From Chlamydiota bacterium (lineage in GTDB: Bacteria; Auribacterota; JACPWU01), in contig JACPWU010000053.1 of the NCBI GenBank assembly GCA_016196885.1, positions 1-32,000 of the forward strand: a DNA stretch of 32,000 nt. The letters are read 5' to 3'. The notes below the pieces were generated by a model that ran no database searches, was not told the DNA's origin, and worked only from the letters and a program-made list of their open reading frames with translations. Position 1 is the stretch's first letter, and every line of letters starts with the position of its first letter. A program made the translations under genes and the position numbers. Below, piece by piece: positions 7,622 to 15,488 of this stretch.

Positions 7622-8141
7622 ATTGCGCAATCACCTCTTCCCAAACCCCCTGAGCCTTCAGAATTTTCTCAACCACCTCTCGCACGGCTCCCCGTCCTCC
7701 ACAAGACTGGGTCACATAAGAGGCAACCCTTTTCACCTCAGAAACGGCATTCTGGACTGCAACAGAGAAACCAACCCTTTTCAAAATTGAAATGTCAATC
7801 AAATCATCCCCGACATAACATACTTCCTCAGGTTGAAGCCTAAAATTTCTCAAGAGATCTTCAAACGCCTCACCCTTCTCTAAACGATTTTGATAAAGGG
7901 CATCCACCCCCAACTCTTTTGCACGTAAGAGAAGCGCCTTGGATTCTCGTGCACTGATAAAGACCGTCTTTAATCCTGCCCTCTTCGCAAGCACAATGCC
8001 AAGCCCGTCCAAGGCGTGAAAAGTCTTAAACTCTTTTCCATCGCCATCCAGGTAAATCACACCATCGGTGAGAACACCATCCACGTCGAGGGCGAGGGCT
8101 TTGATATTCCGCAAAAGCACTGAAAGAGTTTGTTTTTTCAT
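7614..8141 (-). CDS. kdsC: 3-deoxy-D-manno-octulosonate-8-phosphate phosphatase
   Basis: 175 aa HAD fold: LALDVDGVLTDG, then GDDLIDISILKRVGFSVAVQNA. Sits next to kdsD. Confidence 0.9.
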   Translation of the reverse strand: MKKQTLSVLLRNIKALALDVDGVLTDGVIYLDGDGKEFKTFHALDGLGIVLAKRAGLKTVFISARESKALLLRAKELGVDALYQNRLEKGEAFEDLLRNFRLQPEEVCYVGDDLIDISILKRVGFSVAVQNAVSEVKRVASYVTQSCGGRGAVREVVEKILKAQGVWEEVIAQYV

Positions 8142-8146
8142 AGAAA

Positions 8147-8246
8147 TTCAGAATTCAGAAGTCAGAATTCAGAAGAAAAGCGAACACGCTAAGTTTTTCG
8201 TTTTTATTCTGAATTCTGTATTCTGTATTCTGACTTCTGTATTCTG
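8147..8246. repeat. unit-periodic intergenic hairpin HPH5 (7-nt units TTCAGAA)
   Basis: Left arm: TTCAGAA TTCAGAA GTCAGAA TTCAGAA. Right arm: TTCTGAA TTCTGTA TTCTGTA TTCTGAC TTCTGTA TTCTG. The innermost 12 bp are perfect. Alternative pairing registers are possible. The loop holds a small agcg-aaca-cgct hairpin. Confidence 0.88.
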
Positions 8247-8248
8247 TT

Positions 8249-9232
8249 TTAAAAAATCCCATTCCTAATCAAATCCTGCACATCCAACATCCCCACAGGA
8301 TGATCCCTTCCATCCACCACCGGCAATTCATCCACGCGCAAATCCTTCATGACGCGGAGCGCCTCAATCGCCATTTTCCCCACCTCGATGGTCTTCGGAT
8401 GCCGGGTCATCAACTCCGAAATCAATTTCTGAAGCACCTGCGGATCTTCTTCTAGATGCCGGCGTAAATCCCCATCCGTAAAAATTCCGACCAAGCGGCC
8501 AGAATCATCCACCACATTGGCCGCTCCTCCGTGTGCCGTCGTAATACGAATGAGCACATCTCTAACGCATGTTTTCATGTGAACGATGGGGTTCATCTCC
8601 CCCGTTCTCATGATGTCTTCAACCCGCAAGGTCAATTTTTTTCCCAGACTGCCCCCCGGATGATAAAGCGCATAATCCTCTGGTTTAATTCCCTTTCGAT
8701 CTAAAAGGGCCATGGCCAAGGCGTCTCCCACCACCAGGCTCACCGTCGTACTGGCCGTAGGAGCAAGACCCAAAGGACAGGCCTCTTTTTGAATCGTGAT
8801 ATCGAGAACAATGTCCGCATTTTTTGCCAAAGTGGATTGAAGATTTCCTGTCATGCCAATGACCTTGGCCTCCATGTGCTTCAAAAAGGGCAATAAATTT
8901 TTAATCTCTTCCGTCTCCCCACTGTTAGAAATAATCAGGATGACATCTTTTTCTAAGACTGTTCCCAAATCTCCGTGGCTTGCCTCCGCTGGATGAATGA
9001 ATTGAGACGGCGTTCCCGTGCTGTTAAAAGTCGCGGAAATTTTTCTCGCAATAATACCGGGTTTACCCATCCCCGTCACAATCACCTTTCCTTCACAGTG
9101 ATAAAGGAGATCCACAGCCCTTTCGAACTCATCTCCCAACCGATCCATCAAAGCTAGAATGGCCTCTGCTTCAGTCTTAATGACCATGCGGGCAATGCGC
9201 AATGACTCTGATAATTTTTCGGCTGCTCTCAT
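8249..9232 (-). CDS. kdsD: arabinose-5-phosphate isomerase (SIS + tandem CBS domains)
   Basis: 327 aa. SIS motifs GKVIVTGMGKPG and ISNSGETEE. C-terminal CBS pair. Confidence 0.93.
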   Translation of the reverse strand: MRAAEKLSESLRIARMVIKTEAEAILALMDRLGDEFERAVDLLYHCEGKVIVTGMGKPGIIARKISATFNSTGTPSQFIHPAEASHGDLGTVLEKDVILIISNSGETEEIKNLLPFLKHMEAKVIGMTGNLQSTLAKNADIVLDITIQKEACPLGLAPTASTTVSLVVGDALAMALLDRKGIKPEDYALYHPGGSLGKKLTLRVEDIMRTGEMNPIVHMKTCVRDVLIRITTAHGGAANVVDDSGRLVGIFTDGDLRRHLEEDPQVLQKLISELMTRHPKTIEVGKMAIEALRVMKDLRVDELPVVDGRDHPVGMLDVQDLIRNGIF

Positions 9233-9267
9233 GTTTTCTCAATCTATCCTTCTTGGCAACATCTTTT

Positions 9268-9296
9268 AAATCCAAAAATCAAAATGCAAATATCAA
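9268..9296. repeat. distal left arm of composite hairpin HPH6
   Basis: The reverse complement of aaatccaaaaatcaaaatgcaaatatcaa matches 9506-9527 (ttgatatttgatttttgaattt), except for one extra 7-mer and one mismatch. It is separated from that partner by the REP-like repeat at 9302-9405. Confidence 0.6.
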
Positions 9297-9301
9297 TTCC
9301 A

Positions 9302-9405
9302 ATGATCCTTCGAGATCATCATGTGCGATGAAAGTTCTCCCCATCATGCTTTTTTTGTAGTCGCCCGATTCATCGGGCAGCCCCATAAATGGGGCGACTA
9401 CAAAA
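9302..9405 (+). repeat. dispersed ~100-bp repeat, copy A, with GTAG...CTAC Y-shaped palindrome (REP-like)
   Basis: About 94% identical to 20805-20906. The 3' 55 nt are identical. It contains the hairpin atgatc-N6-gatcat and ttttGTAGTCGcccgattcatcgggcagccccataaatggggCGACTACaaaa. That second part is an outer stem enclosing two small hairpins. Confidence 0.9.
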
Positions 9406-9423
9406 TGAGCCTGACTTTCATAG

Positions 9424-9523
9424 CAAATGACAAACCAAAATCCAAAATGATTACCAAAGATAAAGACGTAGATACACTTTGATTTTTAATATGTCATTTT
9501 GATTTTTGATATTTGATTTTTGA
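9424..9523. repeat. unit-periodic intergenic hairpin HPH6 (A/T-rich units CAAAAT / ATTTTTG)
   Basis: Left: caaatgacaaaccaaaatccaaaatga. Right: tttgatttttaatatgtcattttgatttttgatatttgatttttga (7-nt periodic). aaatgaca pairs with tgtcattt, and further partial pairings exist. The exact fold cannot be settled by eye. Confidence 0.6.
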
Positions 9524-9525
9524 AT

Positions 9526-10371
9526 TTATTTAATTCCAAACTTCCCCACCACTCCATCTAATTCCAAGACCTGTTCCAAAAGGTCTGGAAGATCCGCCAA
9601 GCGAACCATATTCGGGCCATCGCTTAAGGCATGATCGGGATCATCATGCACCTCCATGAAAAGACCGTCACATCCCGTGGCCACCGCTGCCCTCGCCAGA
9701 GGAAGAACGAAAGAACGCTCTCCCCCAGAACGATCCCCTTCGCCCCCTGGCAATTGAACACTGTGCGTCGCATCAAAAATCACAGGAAAACCAAAAGAGC
9801 GCATCACGACCAAACTTCTCATGTCACTCACCAAATTATGATACCCGAAAGAACATCCCCGTTCCGTTAGTAAAATATTCTCTGTACCTACACTTTGAGC
9901 TTTTTCAACCACATTGTACATATCCCACGGGGATAAAAACTGACCCTTTTTGATATTGATGGCCTTTGCCTTTTTGGCCACCTCGACAACCAGATCTGTT
10001 TGCCGGGACAAAAAGGCTGGAATCTGAAGAACATCGGCGACCTCAGCCACAGGAGAAACTTCCTCTATCGAATGGACATCGGTCAAAATGGAGACGCCAA
10101 ACTCCTTTTTCACCTTTGTCAAAATCTCCAAACCTTTTTTCAGACCCGGCCCTCGAAAGGAACGAACGGAACTGCGATTGGCCTTATCATAAGAAGATTT
10201 AAAAATCCAAGGTAAAGATTTATTCTTAAAAACACGATGCAAAGCCTCCGCCATTTTCACACAGTGCTCTTCACTCTCAATGACGCAAGGCCCTGCAATA
10301 AAAACCAAAGGGTGCCCTGAACCGATAGAAATCTTGCCTATTTTTACTTCTTTGACTGTTGGAGAAGTCAT
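9526..10371 (-). CDS. kdsA: 3-deoxy-8-phosphooctulonate (Kdo-8-P) synthase
   Basis: 281 aa. FKSSYDKANRSS, KKGQFLSPWDM and FDATHSVQLPGG are typical of KdsA. Confidence 0.95.
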   Translation of the reverse strand: MTSPTVKEVKIGKISIGSGHPLVFIAGPCVIESEEHCVKMAEALHRVFKNKSLPWIFKSSYDKANRSSVRSFRGPGLKKGLEILTKVKKEFGVSILTDVHSIEEVSPVAEVADVLQIPAFLSRQTDLVVEVAKKAKAINIKKGQFLSPWDMYNVVEKAQSVGTENILLTERGCSFGYHNLVSDMRSLVVMRSFGFPVIFDATHSVQLPGGEGDRSGGERSFVLPLARAAVATGCDGLFMEVHDDPDHALSDGPNMVRLADLPDLLEQVLELDGVVGKFGIK

Positions 10372-10409
10372 GAGATACCCCTATCCTACGATCAAAAACC
10401 AATCATCAC

Positions 10410-10516
10410 TAATGACAAATTCCCAATTTCAAATGACAAATAAATGTTCAATGACTCAATCTTCAATTGGACATTGGATCATTGGAAATTAATTTGTTAT
10501 TTGTCATTGGTCATTA
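10410..10516. repeat. unit-periodic intergenic hairpin HPH7 (units AATGACA / TCATTGG)
   Basis: aatgacaaataa (10432-10443) pairs perfectly with ttatttgtcatt (10497-10508). taatgac (10410-16) pairs with gtcatta (10510-16). The flanks are 7-8-nt periodic. The right arm supplies the last pyrG codons (MTNDK-stop). Confidence 0.65.
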
Positions 10517-12137
10517 CTTTCGACCCCTTCTCTCTACCCTGATGTTCCACCACTGCCTGAATAAAACTCGCAAAGAGAGGATGTGCTCGGTCGGGCTTTG
10601 ATTGAAACTCGGGATGATATTGACAGGCCACAAACCAGGGATGACCTTCTAATTCTATCAACTCGGCCAAAACCCCGTCGGGAGAAAGCCCCGTCACCTT
10701 TAATCCATTTTTCTCAAAAATTTCCCGAAATCCGTTATTGAGTTCATAGCGATGACGATGACGTTCCATCACCCGATGGCGGCCATAAATCTCGTAAACT
10801 TTAGAACCCGGCTTCAATTCGCAAGGGGAAGCCCCCAGGCGCATGGTCCCTCCCAAATTTTTCACATTCTGCTGCTCGGAAAGCAGACAAATCACGGGAT
10901 GCGGTGTTTCAGGTTCGAACTCGGTGCTGTTGGCCTTATCAAAACCGCACACATGACGCGCAAATTCAATGACAGAGCATTGCATCCCCAAGCAAATCCC
11001 AAAAAAGGGAATGCGATGTTCCCGCGCGTATTGAATCGCAGAAATTTTTCCTTCAATCCCGCGTGTCCCAAATCCCCCTGGGACTAAAATTCCGGACACG
11101 TCTTTTAAGTAAAGACCCGGGCCATCTTTCTCAATTTTTTCAGCATCCACTTTTGTTACTTCGACCCGGACGCTGTTGTGAAAACCCGCATGGATAATCG
11201 CCTCATAAATACTTTTATATGCATCTTGATGCTCAATGTACTTTCCCACCACAGCCATTTTAACGGTCCCCTTGGGATGCTCCATTCTCTCGATCACCTC
11301 TCCCAAAGGGGTCCCCTGATGTTTTCTGGCTGTCAAGGCGAGCTTTTGAATAATCAAATCCCCCAAGCCTTCTTGGGCCAAGAGAAGAGGTACCTTATAA
11401 ACAGAATCCACATCTTTGGCTTGAATCACAGCCTTCGGATCCACATTGCAAAAAAGGGCGATTTTGCGCTTCACGTCATCCGAAAGATCCCGCTCTGTAC
11501 GGCACAAGAGAATATCTGGCTGAATACCGATTTGGCGAAGGGTCCCCACACTGTGCTGCGTAGGTTTGGTTTTAATTTCCTCTGCCGCGCGAATATAAGG
11601 AACATAGGTCAAATGAATGTAAAGCACATCTTGCCACCCCAAGTCTAAACGAAATTGACGAATGGCCTCTAAAAAAGGAAGACCCTCAATATCCCCGACC
11701 GTCCCGCCCACCTCCCCAATCACAACATCCAAATTTGGATCCAACTCGACCAATTTGCGGATGCGGCCTTTAATTTCATCAATGATGTGGGGTACCACTT
11801 GAACGGTACGACCCAGATAATCCCCTTTTCTTTCTTTTTTTATCACAGCATCATAAACCTGACCCGTGGTAAAATTATTCGCCCTCGTCATCCGTGCCGA
11901 GGTAAAACGTTCATAATGCCCCAAATCCAAATCTGTCTCGGCCCCATCGTCTGTGACATAAACCTCCCCATGCTGATAGGGGCTCATGGTGCCTGGATCT
12001 ACATTAATATAGGGATCCAATTTTTGAAGCGTTACCTTAAGCCCCGCTTCTTCCAGCAACCGCCCGATCGAGGCTGAGGCAATCCCCTTCCCCAAAGAAG
12101 AAATGACACCCCCCGTTATAAAGATGTACTTGGCCAT
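10497..12137 (-). CDS. pyrG: CTP synthase
   Basis: 546 aa: [18 protein letters not shown]... and the glutaminase domain GICLGMQ with HRHRYE. Confidence 0.97.
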   Translation of the reverse strand: MAKYIFITGGVISSLGKGIASASIGRLLEEAGLKVTLQKLDPYINVDPGTMSPYQHGEVYVTDDGAETDLDLGHYERFTSARMTRANNFTTGQVYDAVIKKERKGDYLGRTVQVVPHIIDEIKGRIRKLVELDPNLDVVIGEVGGTVGDIEGLPFLEAIRQFRLDLGWQDVLYIHLTYVPYIRAAEEIKTKPTQHSVGTLRQIGIQPDILLCRTERDLSDDVKRKIALFCNVDPKAVIQAKDVDSVYKVPLLLAQEGLGDLIIQKLALTARKHQGTPLGEVIERMEHPKGTVKMAVVGKYIEHQDAYKSIYEAIIHAGFHNSVRVEVTKVDAEKIEKDGPGLYLKDVSGILVPGGFGTRGIEGKISAIQYAREHRIPFFGICLGMQCSVIEFARHVCGFDKANSTEFEPETPHPVICLLSEQQNVKNLGGTMRLGASPCELKPGSKVYEIYGRHRVMERHRHRYELNNGFREIFEKNGLKVTGLSPDGVLAELIELEGHPWFVACQYHPEFQSKPDRAHPLFASFIQAVVEHQGREKGSKVMTNDK

Positions 12138-12856
12138 AATATTTTCTTCACCTCCTCTAAATCTTCAGGGGTATCCACCCCGATGGAATCTTCTTGCGTT
12201 ACCATTACTTTAATTCGCCCACCTCTTTCCAAAACCCTCAACTGTTCAAGACCTTCAGCACGTTCCAGAGACGAAGGCTCACTGGAAGCCAAATCCAGCA
12301 AAAAATCCCGCCGATAGGCATAAATCCCCATGTGCTTTAACCAAGAGGGCGTTGGCCCATTTCTAAAAAAAGGAATGGGCGATCTTGAAAAATAAAGCGC
12401 AAAACCGGACTCATCACAAACCACTTTGACCACCCGTGACTCTTGAAAACCATCGGGCCCCGTCATGGCTCTGGCCAAGGTACTCATCTGGGCATCTCCC
12501 TCTAAAAGACCTTGAACCACTTTATCCACCATGGTTCCTGACATCAAAGGTTCATCCCCCTGAATATTCACAAAAATATCTCCATCCATTTTTCTCGCAA
12601 TTTCAGCCACACGATCCGTGCCACTGACATGATCCTTCGATGTCAATAGGGCCCTTCCCCCAAAAGCCTCCACCGCCTTCACAATACTCTGATGGTCACA
12701 AGCAACAATGAGATCCGTCAAAAGCCGAGCACTCTTGGCCCCTTCATAGACGTGCTGAATCATAGGCTTGCCGCAAAGATCGGCCAACACCTTTTGCGGA
12801 AACCGGGTGGAGCCAAGCCTTGCGGGAATGACTCCAATGATTTTATGAGTAGACAT
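12116..12856 (-). CDS. kdsB: 3-deoxy-manno-octulosonate cytidylyltransferase (CMP-Kdo synthetase)
   Basis: 246 aa with [19 protein letters not shown] and NIQGDEPL. The 3' end overlaps the pyrG start by 22 nt. Confidence 0.92.
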   Translation of the reverse strand: MSTHKIIGVIPARLGSTRFPQKVLADLCGKPMIQHVYEGAKSARLLTDLIVACDHQSIVKAVEAFGGRALLTSKDHVSGTDRVAEIARKMDGDIFVNIQGDEPLMSGTMVDKVVQGLLEGDAQMSTLARAMTGPDGFQESRVVKVVCDESGFALYFSRSPIPFFRNGPTPSWLKHMGIYAYRRDFLLDLASSEPSSLERAEGLEQLRVLERGGRIKVMVTQEDSIGVDTPEDLEEVKKILWPSTSL

Positions 12857-12869
12857 AATATTTACCTCA

Positions 12870-12952
12870 GTGAAGAATGAAAAATGAAAAGTGAAAAGTG
12901 AGAAAACTTGTGTTGGTTTTTAATTTTTCACTTTTCATTTTACATTCTCAAC
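12870..12952. repeat. unit-periodic intergenic hairpin HPH8 (7-nt units ATGAAAA)
   Basis: Left: GTGAAGA ATGAAAA ATGAAAA GTGAAAA GTGAGAA. Right: TTTTCAC TTTTCAT TTTACAT TCTCAAC. 12877-12897 pairs with 12925-12945 (21 bp, 1 mismatch). 27-nt loop. The right arm overlaps the gmhB stop. Confidence 0.88.
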
Positions 12953-13550
12953 TTTTTCGCTTTATCCCCATCTCCGCCTTCATGCTCTCCAAAACGCCAC
13001 TGTCTTTTAAAATCCACTCCGCCGCGCTTCCCAAATTGTCCGCAACATAATCTGGAAAAGGCCACTCATCATCATCCTCATCTAAATTCACACCTTCATT
13101 TTCAGAAAGAAGAAGAATGGTTTTACAACTTGCATTTTTTCCGGTCAGAACATCTGAAATTTTATCGCCAATTAAATACGATTTTTTCAAATCTATCCCG
13201 TACCTCTTTGCCAAATCCTTCAACATCTTGGGCTGGGGCTTGCGGCAAAGACACTTTTCCTCGGGGCGGTGGGGACAATAACTGATGGCATCCAATTCGA
13301 TTCCATCTTTTTGGAACTCTTCCACCATCCGATGATGAATGGATTTGAGCATTTCTTCCGCAATAATGCCACGCCCCACCCCTGACTGATTGGTTACCAC
13401 AAAAAGTTTAAACCCCATTTCTTTTAACAAAAGAAGGGCCGGCTTTACGCCAGCAATCAAATGGAAATTTTCGATCTTGCTGATATAACCAATATCCTCG
13501 TTCAGGGTTCCATCTCGATCCAAGAAAATTCCACGATTCTTAACTGACAT
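12948..13550 (-). CDS. gmhB: D-glycero-D-manno-heptose-1,7-bisphosphate phosphatase
   Basis: HAD motif GIFLDRDGTLNED near the N-terminus when started at the ATG at 13550, which overlaps the hldA stop by 11 nt. Zn-type CxH...CxC motif (YCPHRPEEKCLCRKP). The track start at 13586 is a TTG. Confidence 0.85.
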   Translation of the reverse strand: MSVKNRGIFLDRDGTLNEDIGYISKIENFHLIAGVKPALLLLKEMGFKLFVVTNQSGVGRGIIAEEMLKSIHHRMVEEFQKDGIELDAISYCPHRPEEKCLCRKPQPKMLKDLAKRYGIDLKKSYLIGDKISDVLTGKNASCKTILLLSENEGVNLDEDDDEWPFPDYVADNLGSAAEWILKDSGVLESMKAEMGIKRKS

Positions 13551-14523
13551 TTTCAAGCTCCTTCTCAATTTCACTTTTGTAAACAACCGCCGTCCCTAAT
13601 TTACCCACCACCACACCCGCACAGACATTGGCCAATTGAGCCGCATCCTTCAAACCCGCTCCACAGGCCATCGAAACCGCAAAGCTCGCAATCACCGTAT
13701 CTCCGGCTCCGGACACATCATAAACTTCCCTGGCTCGGGTTGGAATCAGATAAGGTTCCTCATTCTTTTCAAAAAGGCACATCCCTTTGGCACCCAACGT
13801 CACTAAAATCGCTTGGGCCTCCCACCTATCTAGCAAAATTCTCCCAGCCTCGTCCAGCCTAGAATCATCATCCCCTTCAATTCCAGCAAAATAGGAGGCC
13901 TCCTCGAAGTTGGGCGTTGCAAAGGCAATTCCCCGATAATCTAGAAAATGGCCTTTTTTCGGATCTACCCCTATGGGTATTTCTTCCCGCTTTGCAAAAT
14001 GAATGAGGCGATTCACAAAATCCTGATTCACCACGCCCTTTCCATAATCTTCAATCAAAATGACATCCGCTCTATTTTTGATCTTGGAAAGATGAGATAA
14101 AAATTTCTGAGTTTGCTTTCCATCCAGAGGAGAAAGCGTCTCTCGATCAATGCGAACCACCTGTTGTTGATGAGCCACCACACGTGTCTTTAATGAAGTG
14201 GGCCTTTCTTTATCCTGCAATACAGGTGAGGTATCTATTTTTCTCCGCCTCATGAGAGAAATAAGCTCGCGAGCCTCATCATCTTTCCCCACCACGCCTG
14301 AAATCCAAACCTTCGCGCCCAAGGCCGCAATGTTACTGGCTACATTCGCTGCCCCCCCTGGTACATAAGAATCCTTTTCCACTTCGACGACGGGAACAGG
14401 AGCCTCCGGAGAAATCCGACGGACCTTCCCCCACACAAAACAATCCAAAATCAAATCACCCACGACGTAAATCTTGGCAGAGTGAAAACGGGATAGTATC
14501 TTTTTATACTTAGAATGCATCAT
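13540..14523 (-). CDS. hldA: D-glycero-beta-D-manno-heptose-7-phosphate kinase (RfaE domain I type, stand-alone)
   Basis: Ribokinase-like: VVGDLILDCFVWGKVRRISPEAPVPVV, PGGAANVASNIAALGA, DVSGAGDTV. I start it at ATG 14523/14520. The track extension to 14601 reads through hairpin HPH9. No adenylyltransferase domain is present. Confidence 0.85.
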   Translation of the reverse strand: MMHSKYKKILSRFHSAKIYVVGDLILDCFVWGKVRRISPEAPVPVVEVEKDSYVPGGAANVASNIAALGAKVWISGVVGKDDEARELISLMRRRKIDTSPVLQDKERPTSLKTRVVAHQQQVVRIDRETLSPLDGKQTQKFLSHLSKIKNRADVILIEDYGKGVVNQDFVNRLIHFAKREEIPIGVDPKKGHFLDYRGIAFATPNFEEASYFAGIEGDDDSRLDEAGRILLDRWEAQAILVTLGAKGMCLFEKNEEPYLIPTRAREVYDVSGAGDTVIASFAVSMACGAGLKDAAQLANVCAGVVVGKLGTAVVYKSEIEKELENVS

Positions 14524-14538
14524 AAAATACCCAATGAA

Positions 14539-14624
14539 TGGTGAGTGGTGAGTAGTGAGTGGTGAGTGGTGAGTAAAAACAAAACACATTTTAAAACTCA
14601 CCCCTCACCCATCACTCCTCACCC
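14539..14624. repeat. unit-periodic intergenic hairpin HPH9 (7-nt units GGTGAGT)
   Basis: Left: GGTGAGT GGTGAGT AGTGAGT GGTGAGT GGTGAGT. Right: ACTCACC CCTCACC CATCACT CCTCACC C. Loop: aaaaacaaaacacattttaaa. 6-7-bp helices are interrupted by periodic mismatches. Confidence 0.9.
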
Positions 14625-15394
14625 TTGTTTTTAATGATTTCCACCTTTACCAACGTTGCAGTCACACTTCCAAAAGGGACTTTGGTTTTCACCAAGAGGG
14701 GAAGACGTCTGCGATCGTCCGAAACCCATGCCCAAACGCGGCCTCGCTTCTCAAACATTCCCTTAAATTGAGCCAGAGGTTCCACATAAAAAGCATTAAA
14801 AGTTCCGAGTCTGTGAACTTCCCAATTTTTTCGATAATCCTCTACTTGTACTTCCAACTTCCAATTTTTCTCATCGGCATTCACATCCATAAAACAACTC
14901 TCCCCCACTTTCATGGGGAAGGTTCGAAAAAAATAAATCGCCGAAAGGGTGTCTTGTACTTTGGGAGGGATCTCCATTTCCTTCACAGATCCATTTTTAA
15001 ACGAATGATATCGAGCCGTATGTTTCTCCTGATCGTAAACCATCTCCTCATCCGAGTGGTAACCTCCCTCAGACTGCTTCTTACAAAAACGCCAGGAATA
15101 AAGGCCCTCCACATCAAAGTAGGTCTCTGCATAATCACGAACCTTATAAAAGGTCGAAAGAAACGAATTGGACCCGGCCTCCATCACGATGTGATAGACG
15201 CGATGCCCTTCATATTCTTGAATCCCGTGCACATGAAGCGTGGCCCAACCGACTGGAATCACTCCCCAACGTAAAAGATAAGTCAACTTCTCACCCACCC
15301 TTGGACCGTGGGTCCCTGAAACTTCTTGAGCGTGAAGAGAAAAAGAAAATAAAAAGAAAATAAAAATTTTAGAAATCAGAAATCGAATCTCCAT
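14612..15394 (-). CDS. DUF3108-like secreted protein
   Basis: Signal peptide MEIRFLISKIFIFFLFSFSLHAQ when started at the ATG at 15394 (the track start at 15415 is TTG). GEKLTYLLRWGVIPVGWATLHV resembles the DUF3108 N-terminal signature. Confidence 0.65.
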   Translation of the reverse strand: MEIRFLISKIFIFFLFSFSLHAQEVSGTHGPRVGEKLTYLLRWGVIPVGWATLHVHGIQEYEGHRVYHIVMEAGSNSFLSTFYKVRDYAETYFDVEGLYSWRFCKKQSEGGYHSDEEMVYDQEKHTARYHSFKNGSVKEMEIPPKVQDTLSAIYFFRTFPMKVGESCFMDVNADEKNWKLEVQVEDYRKNWEVHRLGTFNAFYVEPLAQFKGMFEKRGRVWAWVSDDRRRLPLLVKTKVPFGSVTATLVKVEIIKNKGEE

Positions 15395-15460
15395 AGATTT
15401 TTTAATGTATAACAACGTTCATGAAATTATGAAAGAAAAAAAATAGCATGCAATTTTTCT

Positions 15461-15488
15461 TTGAACCCTTAAACCTTTGAACCTTTTT
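15461..15488. repeat. one-armed TTGAACC-type tandem array at the cyclase 3' end
   Basis: TTGAACCC TTAAACC TTTGAACC TTTTT. Its 15-nt core ttaaacctttgaacc recurs as ttaaacccttgaacc at 23774-23788. tttgaacctttgaac occurs at 18838-18852. Confidence 0.7.

Noticed and set aside
10912-10920. GGTTCGAAC, a tRNA T-arm-like motif.
   Set aside because: It lies inside the pyrG coding sequence with no acceptor or anticodon stems around it.
15431-15462. A/T-rich palindrome (aaagaaaaaaaatagcatgcaatttttcttt) after the cyclase gene, considered as an intrinsic terminator.
   Set aside because: The stem is almost pure A-T with a 3-nt register mismatch, so stability is doubtful. I cannot support a terminator call without folding energies or 3'-end data.
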